Below, in pieces: positions 51,106-62,000 of a stretch of 62,000 nucleotides of DNA. This DNA comes from Mobula hypostoma (lineage: Eukaryota), in the NCBI RefSeq assembly GCF_963921235.1, contig NC_086108.1, positions 26,536,001 to 26,598,000 of the forward strand, in the 5' to 3' direction. The number at the start of each line of letters is the position of its first letter. The stretch's first letter is position 1. A program made the translations under genes and the position numbers. The notes below the pieces were generated by a model. That model did not search any database, was not told the origin of the DNA, and worked only from the letters and a program-made list of their open reading frames with translations.

Positions 51106-54100
51106 CTCTAAACAACCCAGGGATTAATAGTTTCTAGTACGTGATAAACTGGATGGTTCTAAAATAAGCAGACCTGCCTTTCCTAGAGTCATAGTATAGC
51201 ACAGAAATGGTCCCTTTGACTTATTGTGTCCAACACATCCATGCTGACCTTTGTGCTTGTCTACACTAATTCCATTTGCTCTGATTTTGAGTGTATCCTT
51301 CTCTGCCTTGTCTATTGAAGTATCTATCTCAATGCCTTTGATTAACTTCAACATCAGATATATCTTGTTTTTTTCTTGCCCTACAGATTATTCCTTCCAT
51401 TATCAATAAGAAATGTGTGTGTTTCCAGCATATCTTTCAGTACGTTTTTTTGCTTTCGCTTGCAAGATGTTCCCTGTGAGACTATTCTTGTGCTCTCTAC
51501 TTTCTTTGTGGCTGACTTGGCTACTTGAATGCTATTAGCAAGTGGTTCTATCATCTGTGTTACATTAAAAGGAAGATGCTGCTGAGGTGTGCGATTGAAC
51601 AATCCTTTGGTCCTGTGCAGCTCCTGCAGATACTAGATCATTACTAAGTTATTATCTGCTGCTTATCCACAAGCAATTCCGCAGAGGCTCAATTTTGAAT
51701 CCTTGCACAAGCCTCTGGACTTTTGATATCTAAGGAAGTAATGTACACTGATTTAGTTTGAAGCCTATTGATGAAAATAGTATTACAATATATGTCTCCC
51801 CTGGGAATTATTGCACTCAGTCCATTACCTGTAAGTGGTAATGCAGCATCTTGTCCAACTTCAGCAATGATGAATATATCACCAAATGAAACTCATTTAT
51901 CATTATCCTTCCACCAGAAGAGAAAGCTTGCAATGTCCTCTACCCCCCAACTCTATGGCTTACCATGTCTCTAGACATGTAGGTCAGTTTGCACCATTTT
52001 GATTTATTGTAAGCGTGTGTTGAATCTAAACATACTCCCATTAAGTTTATTTTAAACAAGCCATGTTCATCTCTCCTTTTTATCTGTACCTTTGCCTTAA
52101 ATCACCCCAGTGGCAGTGCCAAAAATGGGAATAAGTGAGCATCAACTATTTCATTTAAAGTCACCGTCGTTGACAGTGCATTGCATTGGTTACTGTAGCA
52201 ACTCAGACTACCCAACTAACCCATTCTACCCATTTAACCTGTAAGTATGATTACCAAGTCTCCATATCACATTGATGCTGTGGTGTCAGCATTACAGTGT
52301 TGCTAAGATGTGAAAGGAGGCAGTTTTCCCCTGAGAATCCAGTTAGTCTTAGTAGAGTGAGCCTGCTCATCCCATTCCACCTCCCCCCACCAACTCTTTT
52401 CCCACAGCCCTGCTTATCTTTCCTCAAATGCCCACTGATGGCTGTTTGAAAGTCCTGATTGACTTTGTGTCTGTATTAAGAAGAATTTTGTATCATATTC
52501 TCCTCGATGGTCTTTGTCCACCGTTTTGTCCTCTCAGACTCTTCCTGCTCACCTTTAATTGAAGGTTCTCATGATTTTGTCCATACTTGTCAAATCTTCT
52601 CCCAAACTTCTTTGCTCCGGGGAAACATTCCTGGGTTCTTCAGACTGACTTCTTAGCCAAAATCCTTTTTCTATGAATGTCCTCCTCGAGCTTTCACATT
52701 CTTCTACAATGAGCTGATAACCTAACCAGTGTTTGATATAGGTTCAATGTTGCTTCCCTGTTTTTGTACTCAGTGTCTCTCCGTAAGAAGAGAACTGAGT
52801 CTGTGAAATGTTGCTAACCATTCCCTCAACAAATCTAGCCACATTAAAGTATCTATGCATTGTGCACCCAGATTCCCTTCATTCTAGCTTATGCATTGGA
52901 TTGGTGCAAATTATTGCTAAAATCCCTCATCATTGGAACCTTTCCAATAATTACTCTGTTGCATCTTCGCTAAGACTTTCACATTCTTCCAAAAAGAGTT
53001 CATCATCATTTATTGAACTTCATCCGCCACTCGCCTGCGCAATCTGCCAATTTATGTCCTCTTGTTGTCAATTACTCTGTGCATTGTTTGCTATTCCTCC
53101 AAGATTTGTGTATTGAAGCTTTTGAAATTGTATTTTGCACTCCATATCTAATATATACCTAAAATGATCTCAGTATTAATTTAAAGGGAAAACTTTGCTC
53201 ACTATTCTAGAGCAAATATCTTACAATGTTATTAGTAATTCTGCCCTCTAAAATTCATTTGAAAATTTGTACTTGTAAAAATTCACAACTGAGAAAAGGA
53301 CAAACATGCACCAGGATATAGTCATTGACAGCTTCTGCGCATCCCAAATATTGCACAGCTTATGGAGTACTTTTGCAATTTGCAGGTACATGGAGGAAAA
53401 TCAAACAGAATTATAAAATCTATCAGTTAGTTTATTTATTTAATGTTGTTTGTGGGGACGGATATCAGGCAGGATACAAGGGGACATGGTCTACTTCTTT
53501 TGAACAGAGTTTTGGTTGCAAGAATTGTGGGAGCTTTGATAAACTGCGTCAAGCTAAAAGGCAGCAGCTGCTGTTGTATAGCACCTATTAGTATGGTACG
53601 AAATGCAAAAGTAATCTAGAGTGTATTAAATTATGAAACCAACACTGAGAATATTTATGGAATGCCTCATTAATGGCAGATTGTTAATGTAAGTAATTTT
53701 GCTTCTGGCTGTGATTCAAGTTGTTTTCTGCTGTCCTGCATAGACTGAATGATAGAAAACTCTGCATATTGTATCTCTGCATCGCCTTTAAAGTGCCTTA
53801 GCATTAATGATGAACATTTCAGAATCAGTATTGGAATCAGGTTTAATATCGCCGGCATATGTCGTGAAATTTGTTGTCTTTGTGGCAGCAGTGCATTGCA
53901 ATACATAATAATAGAGGAAACAAACTGTGAATTACAGTAAGTATATAAAAATTCCCTCTGGGGTGTTGGCCTGAAACATCGACCGTTTATCTACTGTATT
54001 TCCATGGGTGCTGCCTGACCTGCTGTGCTCCTCCAGTCTTTTGTGCCTGTTACACTGGAAACGGCCTCTTTTCTTGAAATAGTCCCATGTTCTGAGACGC

Positions 54101-54505
54101 TGGATGCCTCGCCTTTACATTTCATCTGATAGACAGAGAAGTGCTTCCTCAGTAGTGACCTGAAGAGTCAGCTTAAATTTTTGCTCTCAGATCTCTGCAC
54201 TGAGAGCTAAAATTGTGCTGGGTGCTGGAAGCAGCAGGACTTAATGAATAACTTGCGGCCATTGTTAAGTTGTGCTGGTGCAGGGCATTCGTCAATCTGA
54301 GTGACCAACTTAGGTATCACAGGCAGCGGTATCATTTTATACCTGGGATTAGGTACCATGCCGAGGTTTATTCCAGTTGCATCCATTCCTGCTTTTTCCT
54401 GATTTCCACATGATATATTTTTATTATAGCGATAAACCCTCCACCTCCTTCCAAGTACAGAACCATTTGCAATCCTAATACTATTTTGAACTCCCAAAAC
54501 ATATA

Positions 54506-54659
54506 CAGGTCGACCTTCACTAATCCGACTACCTGTAATCCCGTTCCTTCGATAATCCGGCACTAATTATGTTTAATATGATCCTTCTGTATTTCAGCAT
54601 TTTCACTAATCCAGCACTCCTCAGGTGCCAATGGTGCCGGATTAGAGAAGGTCGACCTG
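54506..54659. mobile_element. Tc1/mariner-pogo (Tigger-like) MITE, 154 bp
   Basis: 22-bp TIRs caggtcgaccttc(a/t)ctaatccg with a TA target duplication. Confidence 0.88.
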
Positions 54660-54765
54660 TAGTTTAATTTCATATATTTACTGCCTGGCATAGGTAAATG
54701 CAGGTTTTTAGATTTGGGGGTACTTGAGTAGATATCTAACCTTTGTCTGATCTTTGTTATTCTAG

Positions 54766-55002
54766 GCCTTCAAGCTATTTTGCCAGTGCACCTGCGGGAA
54801 CGGTTTGTTGAGGCAGCTCTGAGCTACATTGCCTGTAACTCCGAAGGCAGCTTCATCTGTAAGGACCATGACTGCTGGTGTCAGTGTACAGCCAAATATC
54901 CAGAATGCAACTGCCCTTTTCTGGACATCCAAGCCATGGAGGACAATCTGCTGTGGATAACAGACAGCTGGACCAACCACAACAAAGAATTTGAGGTGTC
55001 GG
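54766..55002 (+). CDS. BRINP2: BRINP-family (BRINP2/BRINP3-like) internal coding exon, 237 bp, Cys-rich region
   Basis: ttgttattctag acceptor; (G)LQAILPVHLRERFVEAALSYIACNSEGSFICKDHDCWCQCTAKYPECNCPFLDIQAMEDNLLWITDSWTNHNKEFEVS; gtgagc donor. In frame with exon 21898-22003 across a ~32.8 kb intron. LRERFV and DSW..HN lean towards BRINP2; SYIACNSEG leans towards BRINP3. Confidence 0.9.
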
Positions 55003-56039
55003 GTGAGCAGTCTCATTTCTATGGCTTGATACTCCTCCCCCAGGGTCTTTTTTTTTGGAAACATATTGATTTCTTTGTCCGGCAGTGTGAGAAGGGAAAG
55101 GACAAAGACCGGGCTTTGAGGTGATGAAGACAATTGAAATCAGATTTAACGTAGAACAGTTTTCTTCTTGAAAAGTACAATAATGCAGATGCTGGAAACC
55201 TGAAATAAACACTGAAAAAAAAAGTTGGTGATACCTAGCAGATCAGGCAGCAATTCTGGAGAGAGGAAATTATATTTTTTTCAGGTCATTCATTGTGTGT
55301 CTCTTCACAGATACTACCTTATCTCCTGTGTATCACCAGCACTTGCTCTTTTTTTTTGTCTCTTTATTTTTTTTTCTCCCTTTTTGGAGCATTTCTATTG
55401 CTGTCATACTGTGGGTTATTTGCAATACATTTCCACAGAATGCTTCAACTTGGAAATTTCCCAAATGGTGCAGGACTGGGCAGCTTGTCATATGGGAATG
55501 CATGAACAAATGTGTCTCCATCACTGTAGTTGCATAATGTCTCTGCATTTCCTCTAGATAACCTTTGACCTGGTATTGATTGAAGTATGACTGGTTGATT
55601 CTTCAGTTCCAAGAGATTATGAGTCAAACCTGGAAACTTTATATATCCCCATTCACCAATGAAATTTATGATTCACAGTTTGCTTTTTAATTCTCCTTGG
55701 TTTATTCAGAGTAGTTTGCTCTTCAAAAATACAATGCACATTATTGTTTTATCTTGGGTGATTAGGGATTTTATTCCAGCTTTGGGATGATAATTGGCTA
55801 AATCCCATGAAATATGAGGTTTAATTACAGTATGTCCATAGAAGTTTATTGCACTAGTTGAAGACTGAACTCGATAGCTGATGAAGATGTATTTCACTAA
55901 GTAGTTGTGGATTACTCCTCACCTATTCAGTAAAAAGCACATGAACAGTGCTGTGTCCTCCCGTATATTATTTCTAACTACAGGCCAAGGGCCTTCCTGC
56001 TGAATAGTAAGCACCAGTTAACATGAGCATGTGCTCCTG

Positions 56040-57035
56040 AACCGAAGGGGCATCTTGGCGAGACCTACCGATTCCCAAGTTATCTTGACTCTTCCTACCC
56101 TATCTCCAGAAAAAATGCTATTTCCTTTTCTCAGTTCCTTCATCTCCACAGCATCTATTCCCAGGATGTGGATTTCCTTTTCAGGGAATCAGAGGTATCC
56201 TCCTTCTTCAAAGAATGGGGTTTCCCTTCCTCCACCCACATCTCCTCAATTTCCCGAACATTGGCACTCACCCCATCTTCCCCCTTGCTTAAGAATGATA
56301 GAGTTTCTCTTGTCTTTCCCTGCCATCCCATGATCATCTACATCCAACACATCATTCTCTACAACTTCCACCATTTTCAAAGAGATCCTACCGCCAAACA
56401 TATCTTTACCTCACCCCACTCTCTCCACCACAGGGATCACTTCCTCCATGATTCCCTTGTCCATTTGCCCCTCCCAGCACTTATCCCTGCAAGCAACCGA
56501 AGTGCCACACCTGCCCATTCACTTCCTCCCTCACCTCCCACAGGGCCCCAAACAGTCCTTCCAGGTGAGGCAACATTTCACCTGCGAATCCGCTCAGGTT
56601 GTCTATTGTGTCCAGTGTTCCCAGTGTGGCCTCCTGTACATTGGTGAGACCCGTCATAAATTGGCGGACTGCTTCATCGAGCATCTCTGCTCCATCTGCC
56701 AAAAGCGGAACTTCCTGGTGGCCAAACATTTTAATTCTGATTCCCATTCACTGACATGTCAGTTCATTGTTTCCTCTTGTGCCATGATGAAGCCATCTTC
56801 AGGATGGAGGAGCAGCACCTTATATTCTATTTGGGTAGCTTCCAACTTGTTGGCATGAACATCGATTTCACCTTGCAGTTTAAGAAAATTCTCTTGCCCT
56901 CCCCTCTTCTTCTGTTCCCCACTCTGGCCTCTTACCCCTTCTCACCTGCCTATCACCTCCTCTGGGTGCCCTCCTGCTTCCTTTTCTCCTATAGTCCAGT
57001 CTCCTCTCTAGCCCTTTACCTTTCCTACCCACCTG
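56040..57035 (+). mobile_element. Decayed Penelope-like element (RT thumb region and GIY-YIG)
   Basis: FTCESAQVVYCVQCSQCGLLYIGETRHKLADCFIEH motif. Confidence 0.82.
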
Positions 57036-57659
57036 GCTGTTACAATACAGTGCTATCACATTGTCACAGTACACTTATTGTTGAAGTTAGTCTTATAATA
57101 ACAAAGATACTCCCATACCTAATTATCCCTTTGACATTCTTCTCCACAGTCCTTCTCTATGAGATATTACATGCATAATCACTTTTTAATGCACAATTCC
57201 TTCATCTGCCTCTTCTTTATTGCAAGAAGTCCTTCTTTTCTACAAAAATGTTATTATGAATCAGAAAAAGGCAAAGAAATGCTCTTCCTCAACTCTACAT
57301 TGACAGCAACAATCAGAGGTGCTAACAGTTCACACAGAAGTTATCTGAAAATATGGGATCTGCATGGTGATTTACCATGAACCAGCTCTAGGGTGAGGAG
57401 GGTGTCTGCTCACCAGGGGCAGAGATATGCAAATAAGGGTTTGATGAGATGACCAAAGAAGGAAGATCAAAAATGTGTGGTGCTTGGAAAGGGTCCAGAA
57501 AGGTGCACCAGTGTGGAACAGAGCTTTGTCTTCTCCATGCAAACATCTGTGGACCCAAGTGTGGCACAGTTTCTGATGACTGATGTCACTGCTTCCAATG
57601 TAGCATAAGCAAGCAGTGTCTTAATCTGTAGAGTAACTCAAAAGCCTGATGGTTTAGTA

Positions 57660-58012
57660 CACTCAACCATCAGGCTCTTGAATCATAGGGGATAACCACT
57701 CAACTTCACTTGCCGCATTGTTGAAATGTTCCCATAATGAATTGAAACACTTTCAAGGACTCTTTATCTCAGGGTCTTGGTACTTATTGCTTATTTATTT
57801 ATTATTGTTATTTTTATTATTTCTTTATTTTTGTATTTGCACATTTTGTTGTCTTCTGCGCTCTGGATGAATGTCCAAGATGGGTGGTCTTCCTTTGGTT
57901 CTGTTATGGTTATTATTCTATAAGTTTATTGAGTATGCCCAAAAGAAAATAAATCTCAGGGTTATATATGGTGACATATATTTTTTTGATAATAAATTTA
58001 CTTTGAACTTTG
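57660..58012 (+). mobile_element. Rex-Babar-type 3' UTR fragment
   Basis: caaccatcaggctcttga...aataaatttactttgaacttt. Confidence 0.7.
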
Positions 58013-59577
58013 AGCCTCATAAGCTTAATTATCTAGTACTCATCACTCCACTTGTCCAGTATCTGAAATGCTGGTTGCTCACAGAAGATATCTCAATTGT
58101 GGCCAGGATAACAAAGGTTAATTTGATTGATTCAATTATCTATTGTTGCAAACTTACTGAATATTAAGGTAATGAAAGCTCTTTCTGTTCTGATACATGA
58201 CAAAGTTGGCAAGATGCCTCAACACAGTCAATAGCACCCTGCTCCTTTGTGCTTTTCAATGGTGGAACTGCTGTCAAACTGGTGAACTGCATTGACTGAT
58301 TTTGAGATTTTTCACTCTTTACAAGCTTCCATCAGGCCTTTGCACAAACCTTCCAACTTTCCTTTGAATACAATGATCACATCAAATCGCAATGTATCAC
58401 CAGCACTCACTGAACCCAAAACAAGAACAGCGCGCACCCAATTTTATCCTCAAGTGTAAACCTTCAAGATTGACTGTGTTGAAAGCAAGAACTCCACAAA
58501 GCTACCTGACCGAAACGTCGACTGTACTCTTTTCCATTGATGCTGCCTGGCCTGCTGAGTTCCTCCAGTGTTCTGTGTGCATTGCTAAATCACGTCATTT
58601 TCATTAAAAATGGAATTGAGGATAAGGGGATTGATGGTCAGATCCCTTCCTTCATGGAATATGTTACATAATTTTATTACGGTAATTCAAAATATCCTAT
58701 CATTCTTCTTTATTATAAAACTTGGACATCCTGCAACATAATTATTATTATATATTTTAAGCTATGACACTGAATTTCTCCAATGTGGCAATAATTTTGA
58801 AGTTTAATAAAACCCTCTGGCACACATTGGCTAGCTGTGGCTGTATGAGTTCAATAAAGGTAATCATCCACAAATTTCTAGACTGATTGCACTAGATGTG
58901 CAATGTAATCACAATTGTGCATTGTATTTTAGCCCTCAGGTTCTTTCTGGAAGCTGAGAGTGGATCTTGGGAGTTTAGTGCTACTAAATGCAGAATCTGG
59001 AAAACATTACCTGCGCAAGGGGTAACTGCTTAACTATGTTTCTTCATATCACTCGTGCTCATTTTCCATTTTCCATGGTTATGAAGACGAGTTTTGTGAG
59101 TGGAACTGGAAGGTTGCTCTAGTAGAGAAACAAGTATAGTCATGATTGCCCGAATGCTTCTGTTTTTGTTGTAACTATTCAATAATTTGTGGCTCTGCTG
59201 CCACTCATTTTCAGATAAATATGGTCTTTACAATATTAAAACATTCCGTTTGCCTTCTTCAAAGTGTCTGTAGATGTTTATGGAAAATGATTGCATGCTT
59301 GCCTTTATAGTCAGGGCACTGAGTTCAAGAACCAAGAAGCTATGTTGCAATTTTATAAAACTCTAGTTGGGCTGCATCTGAAGTATTGCTCTGGCTGCCT
59401 CATTGTGGAAGAACAGAAGGCTTTGGAGGGGGTGCAGAAGCAGGTTTACCAGGGCCCTGGATGAGAAGCCATGTGCTATGAGGACAGTTTAGACAACCTT
59501 GGTTTGTATTTTACTCTGGAGCAGAGGAGACTGGCTGGCAATCTGATGATGTTTACCAAATTATGAGAAACATAGAC

Positions 59578-60611
59578 CCCACCAGCCTCCGGGTCCAACA
59601 TATTATTCTCTGTAACTTCCGCCACCTCCAACGGGATCCCACCACTAAGCACATCTTTCCCTCCCCACCCCACCCCCACTTTCTGCTTTCCACAACAATC
59701 AATCCCTACGCGACTCCCTTGTCCATTCATCCCCCCCCATCCCTTCCCACCGATCCCCCTCCCGGAACTTATCCTTGTAAGCGGAACAAGTGCTACACAT
59801 GCCCTTACACTTCCTCCCTCACCACCATTCAGGGCCCCAGACAGTCCTTCCAGGTGAGGCGACACTTCACCTGTGAGCCGGTTGGGGTGATATACTGTGT
59901 CCTGTACTCCCGATGCGGCCTTCTATATACTGGCGAGACCAGACGCAGGCTGGGAGACTGTTTTGCTGAACACCTATGCTCTGTCCGCCAGAGAAAGCAG
60001 GATCTCCCAGTGGCCACACCTTTTAATTCCACGTCCCATTCCCATTCTGATATGTCTATCCACAGCCTCCTCTACTGTCAAGATGAAGCCACACTCAGAT
60101 TGGAGGAACAACATCTTATATTCTGTCTGGGTAGCCTCCAACCTGATGGCATGAACACTGACTTCTCTAACTTCCGATAATGCCCCACCTCCCCTTCGTA
60201 CCCCATCCATTATTTATCTACCTATCTATCCATTTATTTATTTATTTATTTATTTTTCTTTCTCCTTTTTTATCTCTGTCTCCTTTTTCTCCCTCTGTCC
60301 CTCTCACTATACTCCTTGCCCATCCTCTGGGCTTCCCTGCTCCCCCTTTCTTTTTCCCGAGGCCTCCCATCCATCCCATGATCCTCTCATATCCCTTTTG
60401 CCAATCAACTTTCCAGCTCTTAGCTCCATCCCTTCCCCCTCCTGTCTTCTCCTATCATTTTGGATCTGCCCCTCCCCCTCACACTTTCAAATCTCTTACC
60501 ATCTCTTCTTTCAGTTAGTCCTGACAAAGGGTCTCGGCCCGAAACGTCGACTGTACCTCTTCCAATAGATGCTGCCTGGCCTGCTGCATTCACTAGCAAT
60601 TTTTATGTGTG
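59578..60611 (+). mobile_element. 5'-truncated Penelope-like element: GIY-YIG endonuclease + terminal repeat
   Basis: ORF to 60180: CKRNKCYTC, FTCEPVGVIYC, LYTGETRRRLGDCFAEH, EEQHLIFCLGSLQPDGMN. Possible 5-bp TSD tagac. Confidence 0.9.
60516..60553 (+). ncRNA. Minimal type I hammerhead ribozyme motif (one core substitution)
   Basis: tagtc-CTGACAA-a-ggg-tctcgg-ccc-GAAAC-GTC-gactg: fully paired stem I (one G-U); core G>A consistent with CpG decay. Confidence 0.55.
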
Positions 60612-61222
60612 TAGACTAGATGGACAATGTTTTTCCGCAGGGTTAAAATGTCTAATACTAGACTGAAGATATTTATGATGAGAGGGAGAAAGCTTGAAGG
60701 GTATGTGTGGGGTAGTTTTTTTGCACAGAGAATTATGGGTGCCTGGAATGATTGTAAAGATAAATACAACAGAGGTTTTTAAGAGTCTCTTAGATAGAAA
60801 CATGAATATGCTGGGAAGGGAATGATCCAGATCATGTGCAAGCAGAAGTTATTAGTGTGATTAGGAATCATTAGTTTATATACTTTGTCTCAACTTTGTG
60901 GGCTGAGGACCTGTTATTCTGTGCTTTGTAGTTCTAAAATTCTCATCAAAGAACAAAATTCCAATACGTTTTACCCTGTCCAATGGATAGATCACCAAAG
61001 TATATAAACTAATTATGTGAGTGTGTGTGTGTATTTCACAAAATTCTGATCTACTAGTAGTCCTGGGAAATGTGATGTTCTTGGTCTGAAGCTGATTTTC
61101 TCTCTGGAACCTTCTGCTTTCTCCTAAAAATCATTCCATCCTACTTGTTGGAACCCCTGTGATCAAATTTTCTTCCTACCCATTATTGATCCCAATCTCA
61201 CCATTTATCATTATCATGCTGC

Positions 61223-61575
61223 ATGATGATGGCAAGCGAGAGCGCGCTATTGCAGAGTGTTCCAAAAAAACCAAAATATAAAACATACATCACCCCAGAC
61301 TACCCTAAAGTGTACCCCTGCCTAATAGGGGTCAAAATAATGACAGTGTTGCTCGCTGCACTGTTTGCAACAGTGACTTTTCTATTGTCCATGGTTTGTT
61401 AAGACTGTAAAAGACATGTTGAGGTGAGTTTAACAGGTGTCATTCGTTCATTAGCATAGCTAACGTTATTTAAACTAGCTGGCTAGCTGCTAAGGAGCTA
61501 CTCTATTGCAGACGCCCCACCTCTCCCAGAAGTTCCGGGAGTCTCCCTCAAATTGATGTTGCTACCTCCCTGAAA
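61223..61575 (+). mobile_element. hAT transposon fragment with a frameshifted BED-type zinc-finger exon
   Basis: MASESALLQSVPKKPKYKTYITPDYPKVYPCLIGVK / NDSVARCTVCNSDFSIVHG / DCKRHVE, then a gtgagt donor. Confidence 0.65.
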
Positions 61576-62000
61576 TGAGGCTTTACAGGATGGGTTGTCT
61601 GTTGTGTGCAAGCCATTCTTCCAGATATTCTGTATATAAATACATCAAGATAGTATGAGGAGAAAAGAAAACAATGCAGAACATAATGTTACAGTTACAG
61701 AGAACATGTAGTACAAGTAAACAAAGAAATTGCAAGGGCCAGGCCTGTTTGTGTTATGACTCATACTCTCACACCAAGCTCCAATGGCTTTGTCCTTGCT
61801 GCTCTACATTTGTACACAGTTATTTCTTTCTAATCATTTTATATTAGTGTCTACCATTATCATTCCAATTTGGTGCAGCATCTTCCCATAACTTTACTCC
61901 GTCCATTCTGCCTCCTGCTCATTCATGAAGCTAATCCAGAAGTGGGAATACAACTGTTCTACGAATTTGAAACAGAAGTACTAATCCACCTACTGTTTTT

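Larger units (their letters stand above)
59270..60935 (+). mobile_element. Old CR1 3' fragment split by a Penelope insertion
   Basis: LQFYKTLV..HLKYC upstream and tctaatactaga...cacagaga downstream of 59578-60611. Confidence 0.7.

Noticed and set aside
54780..55124. 114-aa single-exon ORF
   Set aside because: It is the BRINP exon read through into the intron; homology ends at the gtgagc donor at 55003.

Overview
Vertebrate genomic DNA, most likely a cartilaginous fish (inferred from the HE1-like V-SINE, CR1, Rex-Babar and Penelope repeat content). The window is almost all intron of one + strand gene of the BRINP family (BRINP2/3-like). Two coding exons are visible: 21898-22003 and 54766-55002. 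The introns are packed with transposable elements. Highlights: (1) An intact full-length CR1 LINE (- strand, ~14447-18881) whose ORF2 has no AUG before the endonuclease domain. Its ORF1/ORF2 overlap holds an in-phase U_UUA_AAC slippery heptamer, a candidate -1 ribosomal frameshift, and its 5' UTR has a duplicated promoter-like module. (2) A Gypsy LTR element whose RT/RNaseH/integrase core is replaced by an intronless RBM25 mRNA fragment; a Charlie3/MER1-like hAT sits in its 5' LTR. (3) Penelope-like elements and tiny TSD-flanked derivatives carrying minimal hammerhead ribozyme motifs. (4) A cryptic, decayed ~43-bp tandem array underlying ~29-43 kb. Family names come from motif recognition and recalled sequences, not database searches, and boundaries of old repeats are approximate.
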